DNA of 64,000 bases, from assembly GCF_006345805.1 (NCBI RefSeq), contig NC_042997.1, positions 164,176,001 to 164,240,000 on the forward strand, read 5' to 3'. Every line of letters begins with the position of its first letter. The first letter of the stretch is position 1. Below, piece after piece: positions 48,922 through 61,229 of the stretch. Below the pieces are notes generated by a model. That model ran no database searches and was not told where the DNA came from. It worked only from the letters and a program-made list of their open reading frames with translations. Source of the DNA: Octopus sinensis (lineage: Eukaryota). A program made the position numbers and the translations under genes.

Positions 48922-51447
48922 CAGAGGTTCTCAAACTTTTTGAGCCACCGCCCCATCACCTCATGGCTACTTAATACCCCCAGTGCCCCCCAACCACATG
49001 GTTCCAGGTTCAGTCCCATTGCATGGCACCTTGGGCAAGTGTCTTCTACTATAGCCTTGAGCCAATCAAAGCCTTGTGAGTGGATTTGGTAGACAGAAAC
49101 TGGAAGAAGCCCGTTGTGTATATATATATGTATATGTTTGTGAGTCTGTGTTTGTCCCCCCACTCTCACTTGACAACCGGTGTTGGAGTGTTTACATCCC
49201 TGTAACTTAGCGGTTTGGCAAAAGAGACTGATAGATTAAGTACTAGGCTTACAAAGAATAAGTCCTGGGGTTGATTTGTTCAACTAAAGGCGGTGCTCCA
49301 GCATGGCTGCAGTCAAATGACTGAAACAAATAAAAGAATAAAAATAAATATTTTATATTTTACTAATTTATATATATTATGAATCATTTGATATTTAATA
49401 TATTATATCATTTGTATACAATGCTATAATAATATTATAAATTCATAGCATCCCCCAATCTACTGCCAAAAAAGAAACCTTCATTGCATATTCTTACTCG
49501 ATAAAATAATACAAAAATTTTCAATGCATATTGGAGAAGTCAGTATCATAGAGGCATGTGTGTTTTTTAAAGGTTTTAATTATATCAGGAGAAGGCTTTG
49601 GGCTTAACAAAGTGTCTTTGTTAGGTGTGAAATTAAATTGTGTCACTTGAACAACTACATAATAATTTTATTTGTCATATATTATATACACAAATAACAA
49701 ACATTGGAAGTATAGCAGATATGGCTAAGTGTGTCAAAGAAAGGCATTTTGGTGTAAGCAGAGAATATATGGTGATCTATGTTGAAATATCATAATACAA
49801 ACCTTAGTGAATTAATTGAATTTTCACAGAGAAGAAATAATCTTTTTCTTCAAGAATGTGGGAGAGAAAAGTGTTCAAAAGCATTTGGCTGTTGGACAAA
49901 GGTCTCCGAGATTTCCTGAAGGTTTAACGTTATTTACACTTCTGTTGTAGTTCTTCTCTCTTTGAGGTAGAGCAGAAACAGATCTTGTCACCTCTCTTTT
50001 TTTCAAAAGAACATTTAGTGGTAACATTCAGCAAAGTGCTGCACACATGCGCAGTGATAGTGTTTCAATAAATGGAACTTTCCACTTCATAAATGCAAAC
50101 AATATGTGAAGAAAGATAGTTCACTCACTTTGATACATCACCATAGTATCCCGGGACAAACCAATAAGGTGTTAGGAAAAAAGGGAAGCAACATTGTAAT
50201 ACAAAAATTGAAAAATAAAGAACAAAATATGAAAATATACTGAAAGCAAGTGTCAGTAGTATGCTACCCAGAAAGGTAGTTTCCATATGTAATTTATGAC
50301 TGCTAAAAAACTATGCACAACTTTACATGAAATAGACATCACAAAATACATATATATACAGCAAATAAGAAAACGGAGAGGATATAAAATCAGCTTGTAA
50401 ACATTCCAGTATGTCTATTTATTCAAATGTATTGGATGAATATATACACATGTATGAGTGAAGGGTGTGAAAGCATATAAGCATATAGAAGCAATTGAGC
50501 AAAAGAGCAAATTGGCAATAAACTGAATTGGTGAGCAAGTGCTAGTTCCTTGCCGTTTCTGCCAAGAGGCAACGAAATCTTTCGAGGTTATCTTCATCTT
50601 TTCAGTGTTATGCAGGGATGAGCAGACAATGCTTGGAAAATGGGTGTGCCCCTAGGCTTCTTCAGAGGGTCTAAGTGGTTGGTGGGGTTAACTCATATAA
50701 AAGTTAGTTAAGAATAGCTAAAGTGTGTTTATCCTTTTAAATAGAGCAGAAGGAGAATAAGAGCAAGAGCAAACACAAGAATACAAGTGGAGTACATCAT
50801 AGTACAATGATTTGGGCATAGCAAGGGGAAATAAGATACAGACTTCCCATAATGTATTTTAGGATCCATGTTATTTCATCCAGTGGTGGGTAGGTGAAAT
50901 TAGTCGTTCTCAGGAGGAGTTCTTCCAGGAGAGATAATTTTAGGCAGTAGTTCACATTGTGTTTCCATAGAACTTTAGCGGTGGGTTTGATGGTATGGTC
51001 CATGTTACAGAGGTGAAAGTTTATATGTAGAGTGCTGGTTAGTAGGTGTAGCATTGCAGAGGGTATGGCATAAGCAACTTATAAGGAATACATCTTGTGA
51101 AAATTTGGTGCATGAGTATATCAATGATATGAGTGTGTATGGGTGTTTGCACATACCACAACCAAATTTTCTTCTATATAAGCAACACCAAACTAGAATA
51201 TTGCTTTAATAGCAACTGGTGTCTCTAACATTGCAAAAATTTGATGAATCCTAGTCCTGTTAAATGGAGAAAAGAAAGCCAAACAAGTTTTCATACTTAC
51301 ATGGGCGGAATAAAACTAACAGCCTCTCCTTTCCTCCCTTCTTTTTCTCTACCACATCCCCCCTACTGCCCACTTAGGCACCAGCACCCACCTGGACTGT
51401 CTCAACGCCCACGGGGGAGGGGGTAGCATCCACTTTGAGAACCTATA
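48922..51447. mobile_element. Non-autonomous hAT-Charlie element with non-transposase interior
   Basis: TIRs CAGAGGTTCTCAAA / TTTGAGAACCTATA. Perfect 8-bp TSD CTCTAAAC (48914-48921 and 51448-51455). Confidence 0.8.
48993..49345 (+). mobile_element. SINE family A, 5'-truncated, nested in the hAT element
   Basis: Colinear with 60339-60731. Confidence 0.88.
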
Positions 51448-51549
51448 CTCTAAACATACCTATTAATTAAATTTCCTTCTCTGTCTTTATGTGTGACTGA
51501 ACCCAGAACTACATAGTTTTGAAATGGTTTGCTTAACCACACAGTAATA

Positions 51550-51897
51550 TCATCATGATCATCATCTTTTAAGTCCATTTTCCATGCTAGCATGAGTTAG
51601 ACAGTTCGACCGGGGTCTGGGAAGCCAGGAGGCTGACCAGGCTCCAGTCTGATATGGCAGTGTTTCTACAGTTGGATGCCCTTCCTAACGCCAACCACTC
51701 CGTGAGTGTAGTGGGTGCTTTTTACGTGCCACTGGCACTGGTGCCAAGGGAGGCTGGCAGCAGCCACGATTGGTTGGTGTTTTTTACGTGCCACCGGCAC
51801 AGAAGCCAGTCAAGGCGGCGCTGGCATCGGCTATGTTTGGATAGTGCTTTTTACATGCCACCGGCACAGGTATCACAACTACAATTTACAATTTCCA
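51550..51897 (-). mobile_element. RTE 3'UTR copy
   Basis: TTTTCCATGCTAGCATG..GATGCCCTTCCTAACGCCAACCACTCC..GTGCCACCGGCAC repeats. Confidence 0.85.
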
Positions 51898-54493
51898 CTA
51901 CAACTACAATACAAGTATAGGTACAGATTCCTAAAAATTTAATAGATTATCATTTGATACTTTTCTTGGGAAAATATGCTTCAGATTTTATTTGCCAAAA
52001 TCATGGTATTGTATAGTCTTAATGTCTATATTTTATTGTATAAGATATTCGAGAATATTATACATTTTATCAAATAATTCATCAGTAAGCAATTTTCGTC
52101 TTTGTGTCCCTTTTAGGTTTATACCATGAAGTTCAGAAATATAGGCAAAAAAGAGAGTTTCAGGTGGATTCACATTATGAGAAAGAATGATTGTAATCAG
52201 TGATATATTATAGGGTGAAAAGAGTGAGTCATTGTGTGGAAAAGTATTTTAGTGAATGATGAATCTGGGCACTGCCAGGGGTGACCTGCTGTTCACAGCT
52301 GAAATATTTCCTGACACTGAAAATAAAACCTATAGAGTTTTGGCATTTGGCAAAACGTGCGTTTTGTAGAGGAGGTCATGAGACTAAGTATTTGTTTGGA
52401 TCTGATATGCAAAATTAGATCAAACACAGAAAATAACTTATGCTTTGTAAAATTATATATATATATATGCATTAAAGATGTGTTAAAGAAATTTTTCCTT
52501 ATCTTCTTTTCATTGAATATACATGTGTGTGTATGTGTGTGTGTGTATGTGTGTGTGTGTGTGTGTGTGTACATGTCCTAGCTTTTTATCTTCTAAGTAT
52601 AATATCCAGTGAACCAATGAATGGCTCATGGAAAACTTATTACATATACATATTTTAAAAAGGTTTGTGGAATATGATTGATTTGTTGAAATGTGTTGTG
52701 CTGGTAAAAGGGTAGGGAAGCGTGGCTGTATAGCCACTTACTGAAAAACATGAGAGATATATGAGGGAGAGATAATTGACCTACTATGTATGGCATAGTT
52801 GAATGGTTTAGTCAATATCTGCTTGGTTTTTTTTTTAAGAAGTATTCAATTTGCTTCCAACTCAATGCAATTTCTTTCCTTGCAACTGAAAGCAAAGTGC
52901 CTTGTGCATGCTCTTTTGCCAGCAATCTGTTATTCACAGAATACGAGATGTAAAAAAAAATGAATCAAATAAATAGGTATATTTTTATGCTTTTATAAAC
53001 TCTTAAAATCTAAAAATATATTTTATTCTTTCTCACATACCTTTAAAATATAACATGTGATCATTTATTAAAAAGGTTTTTTTAAAGCATTCACTGATCC
53101 ACAAATTCACTTTTTTATAATCTACCAAAGATACTCTTTATTTCTATTATTATTTCTCTTAATATCATTTAGAAAAAAATTATGATACAGTTTTCTGCAT
53201 CACATCTGTTCTTGGTATAGTATTTTCTTTTTGATTTAAATTCTCATGCCATTTCTTGTAATTCACATCAATAAATCATGTACGAGAAATGACCATGTAT
53301 TTGGTAAGCAATTCATCACTGTTTTCTTTCATTCTGCTATTTTGACATTTTGTTAAACAGAAAAGTTATTGATGCTGCTCAAAGCTTTTAGCTAAATATC
53401 TTCTTACATACACATGCTTTGAAAATTATTCTGCCAAAAGCCCTGAAATTCCTCTAACCTGAAGCATTTTCCAATTTAGAATTTTCTTCATATTTTCCCA
53501 ACATAATTATAACTGTCTCTCAAGTTTGAACATCTTCAAAGGATATCGATTTTATATAGTTCATTGTTTATTTATTTTATCTAATTCTTTTATCTAGTTC
53601 ATATATTTTACCTCCAAGGTTTATACTTTACAAGTCTCTTTTTTCTTTTGTTCTTTCTCCATACCAATAATCTAAGAAATCTAAGTTCTTTCTTTATAAA
53701 TGAAGTCATTAATATTAAAATAGGTGAGCACCTCAAAATCTAAGTCTGAGACCCAGTTTTAGATTCCTGGGCGTAACTACTTTACTTCACTTATGTTGCT
53801 AATAGAAGTTCTTGAGAAATACCTGAATGTCAGACATTATCATTTTCTCCTCTATAAATTTGAGGCTTTATATAAAAATAAAATCAATATTGGTGATGCT
53901 ATCTACCTTGATTTTTTTTCCCAATTATCTTATGCATTGTCTGCACTTGATATCTCAGACATTTTCTATCAATATTACATAATTCAACTTTAAAGAAAAC
54001 CATGTTCTTATTTCATTAATGTTCCATGTTCATCAATTTATAAATCACAAGACTAATGATCAGATTCTTCATCTGATAGCCAAACTTTGTTTTCATGAAA
54101 TCAAGTATCCTACCAGACATAGCAGTCTTTATATTTTGTTCTACAGGATATCAATCATTTTTTGTTCTATCTTAAATCTTCTAATATTAAGTTGCTTAAT
54201 AACTTCTTCCAAATCTGGTTTACTCGATCCTTAAGTATTGCTTACTTATTAGGGACAAACATTTATTAATCTGTACACTCTACATCTTTTCCCTATATTC
54301 TAATTTTCCTGACAAACTTTTAAAGAAACACTTCAAAACAATCCTATTATTTCCTTCAGATTATTTTTCATAATAATCTGGGTAGTTAGAGTATAACTCA
54401 GATCATGTTTCTCCTCTATGGAAGACCAGCTGGGGGGAGGGGATTTTAAGTATAGCTTCAAACGTCAGTCAAATTATTGACTGGTTATATTGT

Positions 54494-54687
54494 TCATCAT
54501 CATCATCATCATCGTTTAGCGTCCGTTTTCCATGCTAGCATGGGTTGGACGGTTCTACTGGGGTCTGTGAAGCCAGAAGGCTTCATCAGGCCCAGTCAAA
54601 TCTGGCAGTGTTTCTACGGCTGGATGCCCTTCCTAACGCCAACCACTCCGTGAGTGTAGTGGGTGCTTTTTACGTGCCACCCGCACA
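54494..54687 (-). mobile_element. Very young RTE 3' end
   Basis: Essentially identical to the reverse complement of 39095-39288. Confidence 0.92.
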
Positions 54688-55099
54688 GGGGTGTTGTTAT
54701 TAATATTTTGTTATATATTATGAAATATCGTATTTGCTAGAGATGTTGATACCTTTCACTCATAATTCTTTATAAAAGACAAAAGCTTTGTATACGTTCT
54801 CCTGAAAGCCTAACCTTTTAACAAAAGTATTTGGACATGGAATTAGTTGATGTTATTGCCAGAAATCGGGATTTAAAAACCCATACTTCACTATCATTTC
54901 AATGTTCACTTTTCCTAACTTGCATGAGCCAGATAGAATTGGTTGAAGCAAATTTTCTATGACTAGATGTCCTCTCCTGACACCAACTCACATTTGTTTC
55001 CAAGCAAGGTAATACTTTCTTATGATTGGATATGTTTTCACATAAGACTGGAAACAAATAACACTTGTTGTATGACAGCAGCACTCATTTACAATTATG

Positions 55100-55139
<40 letters not shown>

Positions 55140-55149
55140 CACACACATA

Positions 55150-55305
55150 ATAGGCTCTTTTCAGTTCTCTCTAGGAAATCTACTCACAAGGCTTTGGTCA
55201 GCCCAAGGCTACGGTAGACACTTGCCCTAGGTGTCACAGAGGTGGAGTGATCCCAAAGTCCTGTAGTTGAGAAGTAAACTTCTTAACCACACAGCCATGC
55301 CTGCA
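55150..55305 (-). mobile_element. SINE family A partial copy
   Basis: AAATCTACTCACAAGGCTTTGGTCAGCCC..ACACTTGCCC..AACCACACAGCCATGCCTGC. Confidence 0.75.
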
Positions 55306-56322
55306 ATATATGAGAAAAGAGAACAACAGACCACCTTTCCTCCTATTTTATCATGCTATTATGTTTTGAATGGTTTCAATGAATTTTGATTTTCTATATC
55401 GTATCTAAAATGGTCAAAGCTGTTGAGTTCTGTGATGCAAATCGTCTAACTATTTACAATAGAAAATTTGGGAAGCTGGCATGGCTGGCTTTCTCAATTT
55501 TGCTACTTAAATAGAAATTAATATCAGATTGACTTTGTTCTTACCAAGAAAAATAGTGTTGCATTGTTTTTTTTTTTGAAGTCTAAGTTTCTCCTTGATG
55601 AGTGAAATTTTGACCCCCTACCCCACATAGGTTCTTGGCTGGCAATTTTGAATTGAAGATGGAGGATATTTGTATGAAAATTATGAGAGAAAGAACCTAT
55701 AAAAGTTGAGAGATCCAATTAGGACAGGGCAATAAAGAAGTTTAAAGGAAAGCCAGATGTTTCTAACATACAATTTTCTCTGTTGAAATCCTACCAGTTT
55801 TGTTGTTTTTAGTATTGCAAGACAGATAGTTGGAGAAAGTTCTCAACCAGGCAGCAGATGCCATTAGTGGAATAATGTTGTAGATTGGGCTATATAAACT
55901 AAATAATAGAATTGTAGAGAATGAAAGAAAGTGAGTAAAAAGAAGTGATATCAAGAAACAACAAGCTTTCTTCTATTATAAATCCATTCTTCTCTATGAT
56001 ACTTTATCAGCATATTAAATCAACTCAGTACTTTATTTTTATCTACTCCAGAAGGATGAAAGGAAAAACTGACATTAGCAGGATATGATCTAAAAATATA
56101 AAGGTCCAATGATTTAATAATTCTTCCATTTCATTCTTTTATTTTTTATCAAGGAAAGAAATTAAGGGAAGATTTGCTAGTGTTCTATATTAAAAAGAGG
56201 AGAAATATGAAATACTTTGAATTGCATGGCAGTTTGTTTATATGACTTAGAATATCATTAGAGGAAAATAAGTCCAAAATGACACTGACACACATGATAG
56301 AATAGAAAAAGAAGCAGGGACA

Positions 56323-56733
56323 GGATCTTTTCGGTTTGAACGGCAGTTTTTTCTAGTGGTGTCATGAAATTATCACCCATAATTATGACCCTAGTATCGA
56401 TCTATTGCATTTCAATCTGTTTTAGGGTTAGGGGTGGGGGGAAGGGTATCTTTTTTACTTCACAAATGTAAATAAACCCAATCTGTTTCTTAAATGAGGG
56501 ACATATTCATACGGCACATAATGTTTTTTTACCTCAATAGACGTCAGTGATTGGTTGAAATTGCAGAAATTGAAGAAAAAAAACAACAAATATCTTACAA
56601 ACTATAGAATTTTCTCAATAAAGCCAAGAGAAAAAGATGTTTTATAAACACATTCTACCAGTATACAAAGTTTAAAAGTGTTTAGTTACATGGAAATTAT
56701 TTTTAAAAACTGCCGTTCAAACCGAAAAGATCC
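56323..56733. mobile_element. MITE with 29-bp perfect TIR and 8-bp TSD (Merlin-like GG termini)
   Basis: GGATCTTTTCGGTTTGAACGGCAGTTTTT at both ends. TSD CAGGGACA. Confidence 0.92.
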
Positions 56734-57089
56734 CAGGGACATGTTGCTATAAAAAGTAAGTAAACGAAAGATATTAGTGGGATGGTGGGAAATTCCTAAG
56801 CAGATCCAACTGAAGAGCCAGCAATAAACTTAAGCTAAAGCATGATTACTATAAAAAAGGTGAAGTCACTGTAAAACGCAGGTTCCTTAAAGGTTGTTTT
56901 CAAGACAAAGAAAGCATCAAGCTATGTAGGTATGTTGCTAGTTTATCAGCATTTTCCCCAAAATGATTGGAATATCTGTTTCATTGTAAACTGCTACAAA
57001 GACTAAGGAATTGAATTTGATTAATCAGTTTCATGGATATTACTTTTCTTTCAAGTTTGTGGTTTGGAAAACATTTTTGATACATTTTG

Positions 57090-57935
57090 TATTCTGATGG
57101 CAATGAAAAATATTATAGATGGATGAATAACTTATGAAAGCTGTGAATGTGGGTTTCTGTAAGCTAAGTCAGGATTTTTAATGTGTGCAGGAATGAATCT
57201 AATATACAGGTAAGTGTTACTGCTGGCACTGCCTGTAGCTTGCTGCTATTTATTACATATTTTGAAGTATTAGTGCAGGAATTCAGAGCAGGATGTTTTG
57301 AGGAACTTTTATACGCTAATGGTCTGTTTCTCATTGCACAATCTTTAGAGCTTCAAGTAAATCTCCAAATCAAAAAGGATGGTAAAAAATTCAAAGGTCT
57401 GGAGAGTAACATGGAAAAGATAAAACTCTTAGTTACAGAGAGCACAACATTCCATTGCCACCACGGAAGTGATTCACTCAATATATAAGAAGGAAATTGG
57501 CAGGAATGCAATAACATGTATTCATGTAAACTATGGTTACACAAAAAAATGTAATGTAATTACTAATAGGTTGACAGAGAAACATTATTTCAATTGCACA
57601 GTAATTATCAGTACAAAAGAACTTCAGGAACTGCTAAGGTGATTTAATAAATATAATTAGTAGTTTCTGCTGTTTAGATAAAATAATCAGTACTGGAGTT
57701 GATTATAGTGTCAGAAGTGTCTAAATAAAAAAAAAAAGGGTTAGGGAATTTAATGGGTTGTCATCATTGTCAGTTGCTAAAATGTTTTTTCTTCATGTGA
57801 GAAAGCAGAATGTATCAACCACGTGTAAAGAATATGATGCTGCATGATTTTGAGATATAGGCATTGACTGCAAAATATCCGAAGTGGCAGGAGAGAAATG
57901 AATCAGTTATGATTCATTGGATGGGTAATGTTTAG
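57090..57935 (+). mobile_element. Ancient RTE RT fragment
   Basis: SLLLFITYFEVLVQEFRAGCFEELLYANGL aligns with SPLLFIIVLQAITEEFKTGCPWE.LYADDL. Also a CKLWLHK remnant. Confidence 0.75.
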
Positions 57936-58149
57936 TTGCATGGAGAAATGAGAAAATCATACACACAAACACAAAAAAAAAAAAAAGAAAAAAAAAAAAA
58001 AGCAAGAAAAAGAGAGCGAAAATGAAAATGTCTTTTCCTGAAACTAAAAAACAGCAGAAACACATTCTTATAATTCTGTGCCATTGTATGATTATAATGA
58101 GGATATATGTAAAGTAAAGTAAGAAAAGACTGGCTATGAAATGGGCGGC

Positions 58150-58293
58150 AAATACTACTATTACAACAACTACAGCTGCTGTTGCTGCTGCTGCTGCTCA
58201 TGCTGCCAATGTTGCTGCTACTGCTATTACTGCTGCCCCTAATCCTGCTGTTGCTGTTGCAGTTGCTGCCACTATTGTTGCTGTTGTTGTTGT

Positions 58294-58328
<35 letters not shown>

Positions 58329-58364
58329 TTACTACTACTGCTACTGCTGCTGCTGCTGCTGCTG

Positions 58365-58448
<84 letters not shown>
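58150..58448. repeat. (GCT)n/(ACT)n trinucleotide repeat
   Basis: Direct reading of the sequence. Confidence 0.95.
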
Positions 58449-58469
58449 AGAACAGCAATAAGTTTTTTT

Positions 58470-58890
58470 CTAATATAAGTACAAAGCCTGAAATTTTGAG
58501 GTGATAAGGATAGCCAATTACTCTAACTCCCGAACTTGACTAGTACTTGATTTATTGACCCTGAAGAGAGAAAAGGCAGAGTCAACCTCAATGGATTTTA
58601 ACCCAGAGTGTTAAAAACATGAAATGCCATTAGCCATTTTCTCTCGTGTGCTAATGATCCTGCAAGATTGCCACTTTGGTTTCAAATTTTGGTCCAAAAC
58701 TAGCAATTTTAGAGGAGAGAGTAAGCCAGTTACATTGACTTCAGTGTTCAGCTCATACTTATTTTATTGACCTTCGAAAGATGAAAGGCAAAGTCAACAT
58801 TGGCAGAATTTGAACTTGGAATACAAAGAATGGGAAGAAGTCTCACTAGGCATTTTATCCAAAATGTTAAAAATTTTGCCAGCTAATCAT
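58470..58890 (-). mobile_element. Two tandem old family B SINEs
   Basis: TACTT(G/A)..TTTATTGACC....AAAGGCA(G/A)AGTCAAC occurs twice. Confidence 0.65.
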
Positions 58891-58891
58891 C

Positions 58892-58930
<39 letters not shown>

Positions 58931-58948
58931 TAATAATAATAATAATAA

Positions 58949-59387
58949 TCATCATCATCATCATCATCGTTTAACGTCCGTTTTCCATGCTAGCATGAGT
59001 TGGACGGTTCAACTGGGGTCTGGGAAGCCAGAAGGCTGTGCCAGGCCCAGTCTGATCTGGCAGTGTTTCTACAGCTGGATGCCCTTCAAACGCCAACCAC
59101 TCCGAGAGTGTAGAGGGTGCTTTTTATGTGCCACCTGCACAGGTGCCAGACGAAGCTGGCAAACGGCCATGATCGGATGGTGCTTTTTACATGCCACCGG
59201 CCACAATCGGATGGTGCTTTTTACTTGCCAACGGCACGGAGGCCAGTTGGGGCGGCATTGGCAACAGCCATGTTCAGATGGTTCTCTTACGTGCCACCGG
59301 CACTGGTATCTCAGCTACAATTTCCATTGATGTTGAAAGATTTCGATTTCGATTTTCACTTGCCTCAACAGGTCTTCACAAGTAGGG
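58949..59387 (-). mobile_element. RTE 3'UTR copy inserted in (TAA)n
   Basis: Homologous to 17687-18150. (TAA)n on both sides. Confidence 0.9.
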
Positions 59388-59410
59388 TTTGTAATAATAA
59401 TAATAATAAT

Positions 59411-59813
59411 ACGTGTAATCAAACACCATCAGCTGGATATTGTCATATTGAATGAGACAAATACTGTCAGATCATTGATGTAGCCATACCAAATGACATG
59501 AATGTTGTGAGTAAAGAGGTTGAAAAAAATCACCAAGTACTCTGAATTGAAAGTGGAAATGGCAAGACAATATGGGATGCGAGAGGGTAATGTAAGAGTG
59601 ATACCAGTGGTGATTGGAGTGTTGGGCTCAGTCCCACTGAAACTTCAAAACTTCATAAGGCAACTGGAAATCCCATGCAAGATTGATGTCTTGCAAAAAA
59701 CAGACTTATTGGGCACAGCACACATCTTAAGGCAAGTATTATCTGTCCTTGTTGTAACTTGACAGATGACTAAAGAATCTGGTGCATTTTTACCTACACT
59801 GCGTTACAAAGGA
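59411..59813 (+). mobile_element. Dong/R4-clade non-LTR retrotransposon 3' end (REL endonuclease)
   Basis: CQIIDVAIPND..KEVEKITKYSELKVEM..VIPVVIGVLG..LQKTDLLGTAHILRQVL. Flanked by (TAA)n. Confidence 0.85.
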
Positions 59814-59844
59814 ATAATAATAATAATAATAATAAAAATAACAA

Positions 59845-61198
59845 CAACAAATGCAGAATGTGCAACCAGCACAAGGAGACAGTTGACCACATCATCTCTG
59901 GTTGTCCAGTCCTTGCCAAATTTGAATATATATACAGACATGACTGAGTAAGTAGTTATATTCACTGGACAATATACCAACACCACAACATAAGAACTGA
60001 CAATAAATGATATAAATATGTGCCAAACAAGGTACATGACAATGACCAAGCCACAACCATCTGGGATATACCTGTTCAAACTGACATAGAAATAAAAGCT
60101 AATCACCCAGACAATCAAGGATTGGAAAATAAAAAAAAGAAAAGAAAAACACCTGCCTACTTAGACAGTGTAGTCCCTTCTGACCAATATATTACCCCAA
60201 AAGAAGTGGAGAAATTGTCAAAGCATAAAGACCTTAAAATTGAGGTATTCAAGATGTGGTGCATGAAGGTGAAAACAATACCAGTAATTACTGGAGCATT
60301 GGGCATAATAAAAAAACAAACAAAAAACATATGAACATAGGCACAGGAGTGGCTGTGTGGTAAGTAGCTTGTTTACCAACCACATGGTTCCGGGTTCAGT
60401 CCCACTGCATGGCACCTTGGGCAAGTGTCTTCTACTATAGCCTTGGGCCAACCAAAGCCTTGTGAGTGGATTTGGTAGACTGAAACTGAAAGAAGCCTGT
60501 TGTATATATGTATATATATATATGCATGTGTGTGTTTGTCCCCTAGCATTGTTTGACAACCGATGCTGGTGTGTTTATGTCCCCATTACTTAGTGGTTTG
60601 GCAAAAGAGACCGATAGAATAAGTACTGGACTTACAAAAGAATAAGTCCCGGGGTCGAGTTGCTCGATTAAAGGCGGTGCTCCAGCATGGTCACAGTCAA
60701 ATGACTGAAACAAGTAAAAGAGTAAAGAGTAGAGAGAGAGTATAGAAGCTATACCTGGGTCCTCAGCATTACACAATATCAAAAAAGCCCTGCTAGGAAC
60801 AGCCCACATCCTATACAAGACTATCAATTCAATAATACAACCCAAACAAAACAATCCACAAACACAAGACACACTCTATATAGCAAATATACAATGAAAT
60901 AAACAACCAACAACAGACCAGATACCCAACAGAAGAACACAACTCACGTGACACACGCAACACACAATACAAACACTAATACAAGAAAACACTGCAACCA
61001 AAACTCAAAACAAAGCAAACTGGTGCAATACAATACCAAGAAAAGATTGCACTCCCTCAACAACAAAAAAGAACACACAGTGCTGCACCACACCCCAGCA
61101 CCATGGAGGTGTAGCAGATGATGCAATAGAAATTTGCCTGAAACTACCAAATATTGAAGAATAACAACAACAGCATCAACAATAATAATAATAATAAC
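59845..61198 (+). mobile_element. Second Dong/R4 fragment (CCHC plus REL), interrupted by a SINE
   Basis: KCRMCNQHKETVDHIISGCPVLA..RHD, IWDIPVQTDIEIKANHPD and KEVEKLSKHKDLKIE. Resumes after the SINE with ALLGTAHIL. (AAT)n tail. Confidence 0.85.
60339..60731 (+). mobile_element. Full-length CORE-type SINE (family A)
   Basis: tRNA head GGCACAGGAGTGGCTGTGTGGTAAG..GGTTCAGTCCC, CORE-like box, and AAGAGT tail. Confidence 0.9.
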
Positions 61199-61229
61199 CT
61201 ACCAGAAACTACCATGCAAATATCCTTAA

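Noticed and set aside
53793-53993. DAIYLDF motif suggesting a CR1 RT
   Set aside because: Only one short motif, too decayed to delimit an element.
56420-56435. Interstitial telomere
   Set aside because: Only two TTAGGG units, internal to a MITE.
57205-57215. Perfect donor CAG|GTAAGT
   Set aside because: It falls inside the decayed RTE RT and has no convincing acceptor partner.
58136-58504. Mucin-like poly-Thr/Ala ORF
   Set aside because: (ACT)n/(GCT)n microsatellite with no splice or domain support.
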